Source: Eledone cirrhosa
Taxonomy: Eukaryota
Direction of reading: 5' to 3'
Length of the DNA stretch: 64,000 nt
Assembly: GCA_964016885.1 (NCBI GenBank)
Contig: OZ024741.1
Coordinates: 38,626,001-38,690,000, forward strand
Position numbers and translations under genes: made by a program. The notes under the pieces were generated by a model. The model did no database searches, was not told the origin of the DNA, and saw only the letters and a program-made list of their open reading frames with translations. Positions 14,643 to 26,189 of this stretch are shown piece after piece (position 1 is the first letter of the stretch; every line of letters begins with the position of its first letter).

Positions 14643-15830
14643 ATCTTAAACAAAAAATCTGAGGCAATTTCGGCTTGTAAACATAAATTGCAAAAAACTT
14701 TCCTGTATTACAGCCCCACGTTATACCCTAACGGATAGTACGATCTACACGTGAATATTTTACGTCTTGATGTGGGAGCTAAGTATATGTTTTGTTTATT
14801 CCTTTACTTATTTGCATAGGTAAGTATATATTACCCGTATGTTTTGTGAAGGTATGTATACCTTCTCGCACGTATATTTGATTGTTTTGGCGTATAATTT
14901 TATATATTCTGGTACATATGGTTTGGCTATGTGTATACGGGAGTTTTTGCGTCTGTGTGAGTATGCAGGTTCGTACGTATGGTGGGTGTGTGTATATGTG
15001 TACTTCTTGTTTTAATTGACTTATGTCTCCGAACATTCGCGTATTTATATGTAGGTATGTGTGTGGGCTTGTTGTATACGTATTTATTTATTTATATACG
15101 TTTATATAATTACTTATTTATTTGTATACACGTATACACACACACACATATTTATATGTGCGTGGTTTTGTATACCTATGGTAAGGTTTTGCGTATGCTT
15201 GTGTATGTACGTATTTGTTTGCGTGTATGTATTTATTTATTTCTATTACTTCTGTATTGTATTTATTTAATTTGTTCTTAACTCTGTAGCGGAGATTCAT
15301 TCGGTCTCCTAGTTAGAATTTTAGTCTACGACTTCTGCTATACCATTTACGTGGTTTTGTCTTTGCGTGCTATTGTTCTCCACGCTCCACATATGACGTA
15401 TTATTTTCGTTTTTTCGTTCATTGCCACAGAACGTCTCTATGCACCACCTCAGAGAACATTAGTCTACGACCTCTTTTATACCATAAACGTGGTTCTGTC
15501 TTTGCGCGTAATTGTTTTTCACCACTCCTATTAATGACGTATTATTCGTTTTTTCCCGTTCTTTGCCAGCGAACGTTTCCACGAACCAAAGTATCGTCTT
15601 CCTGTCTACCTCCGATTGCAGCGTTTTTTGAAATATCCAGTTCTGCGTTTACAGATTGACTTTGTTAGTTTCAGAAGATCCCGTTAAGGGTGAAAGCAGC
15701 GATTCTTTGCTTAAACTTTAATCTGTTATTTTAATAAATATTTGCTCTACGGTTCTCATATATTTGATATATATTTATCCTTACCGAGCCCTCTTTGGAT
15801 TTTAGTCTTCAAATTTATTATTATTACTAT
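14643..15830 (+). mobile_element. PLE family A (Naiad-like) 3' fragment (solo pLTR)
   Basis: Near-identical to 21535-22630; ends ATTATTATTACTAT into (TA)n. Confidence 0.9.
15651..15726 (+). ncRNA. Variant hammerhead motif of PLE family A (CAGAAGA core)
   Basis: acagattga..agttt-CAGAAGA-tCCCgttaaGGGt-GAAA-GCAgcgattcttTGC-TT-aaact-ttaatctgt. Confidence 0.7.
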
Positions 15831-15865
15831 ATATATATATATATATGTATGTATCTATATATATG

Positions 15866-15964
<99 letters not shown>

Positions 15965-15966
15965 TG

Positions 15967-16050
<84 letters not shown>

Positions 16051-16289
16051 CATATATATATTGTGGCTGCTAACTCGTTTTCGAGTACGGCCACTACTTT
16101 ATATCCATGTAGGAGAACCTTCTACCGATGCGCTGAACGAGTGTGACTTTTTAGTCCAGCCAGCGACTTGAAAACTCTGGTACAAACACTACACTTGTGA
16201 CAATTACTGACACATAGTGCTGGCCCCATGGTACCATGTGACGACAAGTGCAGAGAGATCTCCAGATATAGAGCAATGCCTGTGCCGTG

Positions 16290-16462
16290 AAGCTTTTATA
16301 GTGAGCAAAGGCACTGCACAAAGCCAGTCCCACTCTCTTAACCAAGATGATATTTACCAAAAAGAAGAACAAGTCAACATCATTGGATACCATCAGGGTT
16401 GTAGGTGGTATATCAGAGTTTTCCTTCTCCTAGAATTCTGCCTTGACAAAGGCTAAGGGGTC
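16290..16462. repeat. Dispersed repeat related to 50260-50440
   Basis: Shared CCCACTCTCT..AAAAGAAGAA..TCAACATC..GAGTT..CCTTCTCCTAGAA..TGCC.TGACAAA.GCTA. Confidence 0.55.
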
Positions 16463-16542
16463 ATCTCTCATATATATATCTATATACATACATAAATATA
16501 CATACATATATATACATACATTTATATTTATATATATGTATG

Positions 16543-16694
<152 letters not shown>

Positions 16695-16867
16695 GAGAGT
16701 GAGAGAGAGAGAGGAGAGTTAGAGAGAGAAATATATTTGTGTGTGTAATACCTTGTTTATGGCTCATAACATAGTGGTTCGTCACACAGGCACCGAGAAA
16801 ATAACTAATGGGGTCGATGTGATTGACTAAATACTTTCGCGAAATTTTCCTCTGAACCTAACTAATA

Positions 16868-17134
16868 ATTGTTCGTGGAAACCACCGCATATTCGCGGAA
16901 ACGTAAATATCTTCTGCAATTTTGTTATGGCTTTTTTCGTGACAATATATATGTTTTAACGCTTTTTAACGCTAAATTATTAATAACAATATACTGTACT
17001 TACCGGCCTATATTTTAAGTCAGGAATAGACGTTTATAGTAGGCATTTTTATGGGGCACGTCCAATGTTCGCGGTTTTTCACTCTTCACGGGTGCTCTAA
17101 GAAAGTAACCTCCGCGAATACCGGGGAACAACTG
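16868..17134. mobile_element. pogo/Tigger-like DNA transposon remnant
   Basis: Right end CCGCGAATACCGGGGAACAACTG|TA; internal TATTCGCGG match at 16892. Confidence 0.4.
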
Positions 17135-17179
17135 TATACACAGGTTATTTTATTATACTTCATTTCCAGCTTCATTTCC

Positions 17180-17312
17180 TGCCGAGCTTAACTTTGCCTT
17201 TCATCCTTACGGGGTCGATAAAATAAAGTACCAGTAATGCACTGGTGTTGATTTAATCGACTTTTCCCTCCTCTTTCAAATTGCTGGTTTTGTATCTAAA
17301 GTAGAAACAATT
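17180..17312 (+). mobile_element. SINE, 5'-truncated
   Basis: Family body sequence. Confidence 0.75.
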
Positions 17313-17619
17313 AGTTTATTATATTATTTATACTTTATTAACTATATTTTACAAAAAAAGTAGTTATACAATAATGGAAATATGGAAAGGACAGATAAAA
17401 GATAAAAACAAAATTAAGTAATGAAAAGATTTGGGGGGGGGAGTAAAGAAAGGCACAATCTGGCTGTATAGGCAAGTAGAGGAAAGGACTACAAATTCCA
17501 GAAACGAGAGGAAAGGATAGTAAAAGCAAGGATATTGGGGCCACGGAAGAAAGGGACAGGGGAAGTGTGATAGGCTATTGGGCGGGGAGGTGTTTCGGCT
17601 GCGCCACACGGACGAAACT

Positions 17620-17810
17620 GCAAAGGCATTTCAAGAGACAATGGCCAGCAACACCCGCTGCAACAGCCACCCCACCTCGCGGGGCTCCTTCCCCAGATAG
17701 GCTGTTGACGTTCCGATTTTACGGAGGAACTTGGTAGTACGGGGTTCGAGGACACATGTGGTCTCGACGTGTTCCAGCCGATAGGCTGAGGCAATGCTGG
17801 GGCGCCGCCA
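17620..17810 (-). pseudogene. CRE-clade non-LTR retrotransposon C-terminal fragment
   Basis: VETTCVLEPRTTKFLRKIG...EPREVGWLLQRVLLAIV; homologous to the 51674 and 57161 fragments. Confidence 0.65.
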
Positions 17811-17820
17811 TTGATATATA

Positions 17821-17874
<54 letters not shown>

Positions 17875-17972
17875 ATAATAATAAATTTGAAGACTAAAAT
17901 CCAAAGATGGCTCGATAAGGATAAATATATATCAAATATATAAGAACCGTAGAGCAAATATTTATTAAGATA

Positions 17973-18048
17973 ACAGATTAAAGTTTAAGCAAAGAATCGC
18001 TGCTTTCACCCTTAACGGGATCTTCTGAAACTAACAAAGTCAATCTGT
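17973..18048 (-). ncRNA. Variant hammerhead motif, PLE family A
   Basis: Reverse complement of 15651-15726. Confidence 0.7.
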
Positions 18049-18962
18049 AAACGCAGAACTGGATAATTCAAAAAACGTTGCAACCGGAGGAAGACAGGAA
18101 GACGATACTTTGGTTCGTGGAAACGTTCGCTGGCGAAGATCGGGAAAAAACGAATAATACGTCATTAATAGGAGCGGTGAAAAACAATTACGCGCAAAGA
18201 CAGAACCACGTTTATGGTATAAAAGAGGTCATAGACTAATGTTCTCTTAGGTGGGGCATAGAGACGTTCTCTAGCAATGAACGAAAAAACGAAGATAATA
18301 CGTCATATGTGGAGCGTGAAGAACAATAGCACGCAAAGACACAACCACGTAAATGGTATAGCAGAAGTCGTAGACTAAAATTCTAACTAGGAGACCAAAT
18401 GAATCTCCGCTACAGAGTTAAGAACAAAGTAAATAAATACAATACAGAAGTAATAGAAATAAATAAATACATACACGCAAACAAATACGTACATACACAA
18501 GCATACGCAAAAACTTACCATAGGTATACAAAACCACGCACATATAAATATGTGTGTGTGTGTATGCGTGTATACAAATAAATAAATAATTATATAAACG
18601 TATATAAATAAATAAATACGTATATAACAAGCGCACACACATACCTACATATAAATACACGAATGTTCGGAGACGTAAGTCAACTAAAACATGAAGTCCG
18701 CATATACACACACCCACCATACGTACGAACCTGCATACTCACACAGACGCAAAACTCCTGTATACACATAGCCAAACCATATGTACCAGAATATATAAAA
18801 TTATACTCCAAAACAATCAAATATACGTACGAGAAGGTATACGTACCTTCACAAAACATACGGGTAATATATACTTACCTATGCAAATAAGTAAAGGAAT
18901 AAATAAAACATATACTTAGCTCCCACATCAAGACGTAAAATATCCACGTATAGATCGTACTA

Positions 18963-19470
18963 TCCGTTAGGGTATAACGTGGGGCTGTAATACAGGAAAG
19001 TTTTGTGCAATTTATGTTTACAAGCCGAAATTGCCTCAGATTTCTTGTTTAAGATGTGGTCTATGGCGTAGAGTATTTCCAGGGCCTCAGCGGCGCAGAG
19101 GTCACATGGTCTTTTCTTTTCGACTTCAGATATAAGCTGAAAGTGACGTCATATTCCTTCTTAGAGGGTAACGAAAAGAATGGGTATGCATGTAAAGACG
19201 CTGCTTGAAACTATTGGCGGTTAACCCTATGTAGGCCCTACGGGACGTGGGTGTTACAACCTTACATTTGTAGACAATGTTACTAGAGAGGCATTTCCCG
19301 GATAGGGGGCAATCAGCCCGATTCCTACAATTACAGTTAGTACTAACTACAGGGTTGCACGTGTTCCTACGGCTAGGTAGTTTAGCTAAAGTTGAAGCTG
19401 TGATGTTATGTGCAAGGTTAGGAGTCGTAGAGTAAGAAATTTTAATAGTATTTTTATTAAAAATTTTACT
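18963..19470 (-). pseudogene. Disrupted GIY-YIG domain of the main family A copy
   Basis: Compared with 21085-21630: TGG>TGA and a ~65-nt deletion (equivalent to 21411-21475) at AAAGA microhomology near 19115. Confidence 0.85.
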
Positions 19471-21023
19471 GTTTTATGTGTAGGGGGAAAATGCTTCGTA
19501 ATAAGGGAAAGAAAGAACTTAGCTAAAGGTGTGGCCATCTCCATATTATATGGTGGGTTATACCAACAAATGCGACGGGATCTATTTCTTCTAGGTCTAT
19601 TTTCGTACTCTGTATATGCTACCTTTTCGACAAATCCACTTCGAGCAAGAGCTTCATTGTAATAAGTGGAATGGTCGTTGAAAATACGCTCGTTGGTGGA
19701 AAGACGGGAAAGCCTCAACGAAGCGTTTCTTACCAGGTTCTTGGTTATGCTGGCAGGATGGTTGGAATGCTTACTTATGTAATTAAGCGTGTCATTCGGC
19801 TTTCTATACGGGTAATACAACCCATTCAACAAATTGAGGGTAACGTCGAGGTAATTAACGACCGAGAGATTGGCCTCAACCTGTATAGAGAGGTTGAAGC
19901 CTTTAAAGAAGGCTGTGAGTTCTTTTCTGAACCTATCGAAAGCACGAGGTCCGCACTTAGTCATGGTCAGAAGACCATCGTCACGGTACAAACCACCGCC
20001 CGCGTTGGGGAATTCGTCCTTGATGGAGAAAAGAAGGAAAAGGCCAATAAGATCAGTAACCTCCGCAGAGTCACTGGCGCCCATACTCACGTCGAATGGG
20101 GTACTATTGGATTTTTTAATCCAAATAGAGTCGTCGAAATTAATCACCGACTTTCGGGCATTGAGGATGACATCAACTTCGAAGTCTTTAACCACTGTGA
20201 GTGTTTTAGCGAAATTGATAGCTCTAAGGAGAAGTGGTAAAGTGATGGAGGAGTAGTAATTGTTGATGTCGAATTGGATAAAACGGCAATGTTCCTTGTT
20301 ACATATGCCGTTGAACCAATCAATCACCGCGAAGGAATTGTTCCACAGTGCAAGAGGGGCCACACTTCTAATTTCAGGTATAATTCTATCAAGAATCGTT
20401 TTACTAAGTCTACCTAAATCGGACTTCGTAGGGTTAATAAGCCGAATAGATGGGTTGTTCTGAAAATTGGATTTGTGATCCTTCAGGGTAAAGTGGGGAG
20501 AAATAGGGTCCAGAGGTTCGGTCCGGTCCAGGATGTTGAGATCAGATGTGATTTTAAACCCAGCATCGTTGATTTCATTGATGACGCACCGATTAGTTTT
20601 ACGGTAATCCTTAGTTACAGCATTATGTAGTAGTTGATGGTAAGTACTGCGCTCCACTTGATATAGGTTGCCAGTTTTGTCGGAATGGACGTGCACGGCG
20701 TTAGCATCCTTAATAGAACGAATTCTATTCTTCAGGTCTTGCTGGAAGGAATTGCTCCTATTCCGAAATTTGATACTCCGAATGAGTTCCAAGACATCAT
20801 TTTCGAAGGGTAGCAGTGCTGGGTTCCTCGGGGGGTTATTATAGGTTTTAAATCCAAATTTATCCTGTTTGTTGTCTGCTTTTCGCGGATTATCGAAATA
20901 AAAGGCACGCCAACGCAACCTTTTAATCAACGCATCTGTTTTCTGTATCAGGAGTTTTAGGTATGTTTTCCTGCTTGGTACGGGTATGTTCTTTGTAGAA
21001 ATATTCAGTTGTTGTTTCTGCAT
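19386..21023 (-). CDS. PLE reverse transcriptase (Naiad-like), frameshifted near 19470 before the GIY-YIG domain
   Basis: STKNIPVPS..LIKRLRWRAF, HSDKTGNLY, TLKDHK..RLINP.KSDLG, FIQFDINNYYSSI, FDVSMGASDSAE, GLYRDDGL, YLDVTL, HSNHP. Confidence 0.9.
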   Translation of the reverse strand: MQKQQLNISTKNIPVPSRKTYLKLLIQKTDALIKRLRWRAFYFDNPRKADNKQDKFGFKTYNNPPRNPALLPFENDVLELIRSIKFRNRSNSFQQDLKNRIRSIKDANAVHVHSDKTGNLYQVERSTYHQLLHNAVTKDYRKTNRCVINEINDAGFKITSDLNILDRTEPLDPISPHFTLKDHKSNFQNNPSIRLINPTKSDLGRLSKTILDRIIPEIRSVAPLALWNNSFAVIDWFNGICNKEHCRFIQFDINNYYSSITLPLLLRAINFAKTLTVVKDFEVDVILNARKSVINFDDSIWIKKSNSTPFDVSMGASDSAEVTDLIGLFLLFSIKDEFPNAGGGLYRDDGLLTMTKCGPRAFDRFRKELTAFFKGFNLSIQVEANLSVVNYLDVTLNLLNGLYYPYRKPNDTLNYISKHSNHPASITKNLVRNASLRLSRLSTNERIFNDHSTYYNEALARSGFVEKVAYTEYENRPRRNRSRRICWYNPPYNMEMATPLAKFFLSLITKHFPPTHKTVKFLIKILLKFLTLRLLTLHITSQLQL

Positions 21024-21084
21024 AATGAATATAAGTCAGTAGAGTGCTCAACCGAGGGAGCCAAATAGTAATAATAATATTAAA

Positions 21085-21630
21085 ATGTCTTACTCTACGA
21101 CTCCTAACCTTGCACATAACATCACAGCTTCAACTTTAGCTAAACTACCTAGCCGTAGGAACACGTGCAACCCTGTAGTTAGTACTAACTGTAATTGTAG
21201 GAATCGGGCTGATTGCCCCCTATCCGGGAAATGCCTCTCTAGTAACATTGTCTACAAATGTAAGGTTGTAACACCCACGTCCCGTAGGGCCTACATAGGG
21301 TTAACCGCCAATAGTTTCAAGCAGCGTCTTTACATGCATACCCATTCTTTTCGTTACCCTCTAAGAAGGAATATGACGTCACTTTCAGCTTATATCTGGA
21401 GTCTAAAAGACAACCACACCCAATATAAGTTACACTGGGAGATCCTAGCTAGGGCTAGATCGTATAACGGAAATAAAAGACCATGCGACCTCTGCGCTGC
21501 TGAGGCCCTGGAAATACTCTACGCCATAGACCACATCTTAAACAAAAAATCTGAGGCAATTTCGGCTTGTAAACATAAATTGCACAAAACTTTCCTGTAT
21601 TACAGCCCCACGTTATACCCTAACGGATAG
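21085..21630 (+). CDS. Intact PLE GIY-YIG endonuclease domain in the inverted arm
   Basis: CNCRNRADCPLSGKCL, NIVYKCKV..AYIGLT..FKQRLYMH, CDLC..E..I, LNKKSE..CKH. Confidence 0.85.
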   Translation: MSYSTTPNLAHNITASTLAKLPSRRNTCNPVVSTNCNCRNRADCPLSGKCLSSNIVYKCKVVTPTSRRAYIGLTANSFKQRLYMHTHSFRYPLRRNMTSLSAYIWSLKDNHTQYKLHWEILARARSYNGNKRPCDLCAAEALEILYAIDHILNKKSEAISACKHKLHKTFLYYSPTLYPNG

Positions 21631-22541
21631 TAAGATCTATACGTGGATATTTTACGTCTTGATGTGGGAGCTAAGTATATGTTTTGTTTATTCCTTTACT
21701 TATTTGCATAGGTAAGTATATATTACCCGTATGTTTTGTGAAGGTACGTATACCTTCTCGTACGTATATTTGATTGTTATGGCGTATACTTTTATATATT
21801 CTGGTACATATGGTTTGGCTATGTGTATACGGGAGTTTTGCGTCTGTGTGAGTATGCAGGTTCGTACGTATGGTGGGTGTGTGTATATGCGTACTTCATG
21901 TTTTAGTTGACTTACGTCTCCGAACATTCGTGTATTTATATGTAGGTATGTGTGTGCGCTTGTTATATACGTATTTATTTATTTATATACGTTTATATAA
22001 TTATTTATTTATTTGTATACACGCATACACACACACACATATTTATATGTGCGTGGTTTTGTATACCTATGGTAAGTTTTTGCGTATGCTTGTGTATGTA
22101 CGTATTTGTTTGCGTGTATGTATTTATTTATTTCTATTACTTCTGTATTGTATTTATTTACTTTGTTCTTAACTCTGTAGCGGAGATTCATTTGGTCTCC
22201 TAGTTAGAATTTTAGTCTACGACTTCTGCTATACCATTTACGTGGTTGTGTCTTTGCGTGCTATTGTTCTCCACGCTCCACATATGACGTATTATCTTCG
22301 TTTTTTCGTTCATTGCCAGAGAACGTCTCTATGCCCCACCTAAGAGAACATTAGTCTATGACCTCTTTTATACCATAAACGTGGTTCTGTCTTTGCGCGT
22401 AATTGTTTTTCACCGCTCCTATTAATGACGTATTATTCGTTCTTTCCCGTTCTTTGCCAGCGAACGTTTCCACGAACCAAAGTATCGTCTTCCTGTCTTC
22501 CTCCGGTTGCAACGTTTTTTGAAATATCCAGTTCTGCGTTT

Positions 22542-22617
22542 ACAGATTGACTTTGTTAGTTTCAGAAGATCCCGTTAAGGGTGAAAGCAGCGATTCTTTG
22601 CTTAAACTTTAATCTGT
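22542..22617 (+). ncRNA. Variant hammerhead motif, PLE family A
   Basis: Same sequence as 15651-15726. Confidence 0.7.
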
Positions 22618-22781
22618 TATTTTAATAAATATATATTTATATATATATATATTAATAAAAGAAATTCCAACTTTGTCTGATTTACACGTAAATTTACACG
22701 AGTTAGTTGGAATTCCTTTTATTAATATAATCTTCTATACACAATCATACACACCCGTGTATATCTATTATCTATCTATCC

Positions 22782-22823
<42 letters not shown>

Positions 22824-22830
22824 ATATATA

Positions 22831-23792
22831 TATAAATGAGAGGTATAGAGATTGTTTTAGCAAGAAGCTAACGGCATTCTATAACATATATGCGACTATA
22901 ACGTCAAGATGGGAAAAGTAGTTAACGAAAGATTTAGGAAAAATAACTCAAACTCATCTCAAAAGAGAATCAGGATACAAATTCATCCACAGAATTTAGT
23001 AAAATCCAGGGGAAAATCTATAGACCTTTAACTCATGATAAAACAAAGTTTGAAACACTTATCCTTCAATTTGGAATAACATCAAATGCTCTGTATAGTT
23101 TTAAAAGACTATTTCATGAAAACTTTCAGTGGAGATGGTCACGGTTGGAATATCATCATTCATCAGCAGAGCTCAACAGAAAACCAGGGCTCTCACAGTA
23201 ATATAGTCCGAAAAAGGGAATTCTAAAACTGGCTAGTTCGCCTTCATGTGTATTTATGAAACAGCACATGAGGAAAAAACGGGGCTAGTGACGTCAGGAT
23301 GGAAGTGAATGTTTATTTACAAGAAATAGCAGTCAAATACATTCTGAAAAAAAACTCTACAAAGGAGTTCAGCAAAATAGCAATAATTATCACAGTTTTT
23401 ATGAAAAAAACCGGGATTAGTCACAGATAGTTTAAGCACTCTAGGAAAAGAATCCGAGTATAAATATAAATGAGAGGTATAGAGATTGTTTTAGCAAGAA
23501 GCTAACGGCATTCTATAACATATATGCGACTATAACGTCAAGATGGGAAAAGTAGTTAACGAAAGATTTAGGAAAAATAACTCAAACTCATCTCAAAAGA
23601 GAATCAGGTTACAAATTCATCCACAGAATTTAGTAAAATCCAGGGAAAAATCTATAGACCTTTAACTCATGATAAAACAAAGTTTGAAACACTTATCCTT
23701 CAATTTGGAATAACATCAAATGCTCTGTATAGTCTTAAAAGACTATTTCATGAAAACTTTCAGTGGAGATGGTCACGGTTGGAATATCATCA
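22831..23792. repeat. 328-bp near-identical direct duplication (22831-23158 and 23465-23792)
   Basis: Offset 634; only a few substitutions. Confidence 0.9.
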
Positions 23793-24130
23793 AGAGCATC
23801 GAGTGTTCATCTTGGCATACCGCCTGTGAACGCAATTCAATTGCACCTCTACTACCAATATGTATGTATATATATATATATATATACAATATATACATAC
23901 ATATTGGTAGTAGAGGTGCAATTGAATTGCGTTCACAGGCGGTATGCCAAGATGAACACTCGATGCTCTTGGAGAGCAGAGTATCAATAATAACAATAAA
24001 TGGGATCAAAGAATCACTGTTGCATCATATACATATTTAATTGCGTATTACATATGTTTCACTGCCGATCAGCTCGAGGAACGATCGATTAATGTTCGAT
24101 CCTGACTCTGGAATCGGGAGCTCCTCAGCT
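23791..24130 (-). mobile_element. Family H: HHR plus 3' tail, tail duplicated as an ~85-bp inverted repeat around a TA-rich spacer
   Basis: 23791-23872 is the reverse complement of 23889-23971; HHR at 24043-24130. Confidence 0.7.
24043..24130 (-). ncRNA. Hammerhead motif with ~60-nt stem II, family H
   Basis: CTGAGGA-GC[long]GT-GAAA-CATATG-TA; palindromic helix III; stem II homologous to 62475-62535; 5' arm of stem I does not pair. Confidence 0.6.
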
Positions 24131-24715
24131 ATGTGTTTTCACATGTAGACGCACGTCCAAATGTGATTGGTTACTATCTCCAGGATATTCTTCCGTTCTG
24201 TCATGATTTATATTAATGTCACTCTGCACAGCATGCTTGATATCAGTTATTTCAGTATCTGTGAGTCTATTATTTCTGAAGATATCCCTCCTAACATTTG
24301 TTAACTTATTTTCATTCAGATAAAGTCTGTTATCGTGATTCCAGGTTTTCAAAATTTTGTAAGAGTTTGCAGTCTTGTGATGTCTTACTTAATGGATAGT
24401 AATATGTGTATATTACTTCTTTATACTCTTCTCGGGTCCATTTCATCTTTTTACATTTTTCTTCTTGGGGTGGCACGGATGGCAGATCTGGGGGCTCGAG
24501 TTTGGGCAATCCCCGTTCACGTGACCATCCAGGTCCATAATCGGAGAAGAGTTTGTGCCAGAGGAGTACTTTCGATCTGAAGTTGGCACATTCCAGTGGG
24601 ACGCGCTTCGTGATTAACCATAGGACAAGCAATTTGGTGTTCTGTATTAATTTGTATTTGTTCTTCCTGCAAAACATACTTGTGTTGCACATGGCATTGG
24701 AAGTCCATGGAATGT
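24130..24715 (-). pseudogene. N-terminal fragment of an R4/Dong-like non-LTR retrotransposon ORF
   Basis: KMKWTREEYKEVIYTYYY then NRLYLNENKLTNVRRDIFRNNRLTDTEITDIK across a frameshift. Confidence 0.55.
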
Positions 24716-24717
24716 TG

Positions 24718-24812
24718 CCCGACTACGGTCCTTTACGATCTGAGTTCAAATCCCGCCGGGGTTAACTTTGCCTTTCATCCTTTCGGGGCCGATAAAATAA
24801 AGTACCAGTAAT
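24718..24812 (+). mobile_element. SINE fragment
   Basis: GAGTTCAAATCCCGCC..AAGTACCAGTAA. Confidence 0.75.
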
Positions 24813-24866
<54 letters not shown>

Positions 24867-24914
24867 GTTTCTAGTTTTGGCACAAGGCCGCAATTATCCC
24901 AGTCCATTACTGGT

Positions 24915-25009
<95 letters not shown>

Positions 25010-25171
25010 GTTAAATATATAACTTTGATAACTTTGATAGGTTTCGGCCAGTATTGGCCTAGGCCATGTCTAACTTAATAGCACCACCTGGCGAAGTCTT
25101 TCAAATCAGGATTTGGGCACCATGGCCCCTCAAGTAGAGTTATTGTTTACGGAGGCATATCCGGGTATATA

Positions 25172-25214
<43 letters not shown>

Positions 25215-25350
25215 AGTGTAATTTTCTACACAAAACGAAGGTTATAGAGAAAATTGAGGTTGGTAATGGCACATGGAATATATAAGAGACAGAATACTTT
25301 TTTGTGAAAAAACATAATTTTATAAGGTAAGGAAATAATAAAGGGTATAA

Positions 25351-25398
25351 AAAATGACCGGTTTCGATGGGTCTGCAAAAGCCATCTTTTCAAATGTT
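25351..25398 (-). ncRNA. Minimal hammerhead motif with U3-A8 covariation
   Basis: aacat-TTGAAAA-GATGG[11]CCATC-GAAA-CCGG-TC-atttt. Confidence 0.7.
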
Positions 25399-25878
25399 GA
25401 TTAATATTAAGAAAAATTAATAATACGAAGAGTTAAAATTTGAGATTTGAAAATTCAAGTATAAAATTCATTGTGGGATTTCATAGCAGTTTTCATCTAG
25501 GTAGCAACAACAGGTTGACTGCTGTGTCCCTTTCTGGTAGTGAATGAGAAGTTATTTGGGGTGTGGGTTATTTTATAAAGGTCAGATTTAGCAATCGCCA
25601 ACTGGCCAGCTGCTGGTCAGTGAGGGGGTGGAAGCAATATACATACACATATCTTCCTGTGGTGGGTAGGAGAGTGGAGCGTGATAGAAAGGGATTTAGT
25701 GCACTTACACCTATATATACACACATACCTTCATCCACACATACATACATATACATATACATATACATATATATATATATATATATATACATATACACAC
25801 ATACATACACACACACATACATATACATACACACATACACACACACACATATATACACATACGCACACATATATATAC

Positions 25879-25909
<31 letters not shown>

Positions 25910-25964
25910 TATATATACATACACATACATCCAGATACACACATACATACACACACACACACAC

Positions 25965-26032
<68 letters not shown>

Positions 26033-26189
26033 CCACACATACATACACACACACGCACACACAATACATACATCCACATGCACACACATACACACACACA
26101 CACATATACACATACATACACCCACACACAGAGAAATGGCCTCCAAATATATATATATATATACATACAGACATATATTTTTTCCATAA

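Larger units (their letters stand above)
17871..22630 (-). mobile_element. PLE family A (Naiad-like): minus-strand element plus divergent inverted 3' copy (~21075-22630), in (TA)n
   Basis: ~1.5 kb inverted repeat 17955-19450 vs 21075-22630; RT and GIY-YIG ORFs; HHR in each arm. Confidence 0.92.

Noticed and set aside
19124-19130. In-frame TGA in the Naiad-like element as possible selenocysteine
   Set aside because: It replaces a Trp codon (TGG in the sister copy) next to a deletion, so it is a nonsense mutation
25030-25145. HHR-like GGCC..GGCC-GAAAC on the minus strand
   Set aside because: First core box is corrupted (TTGAGGG) and helix III mismatched; at best a decayed relic
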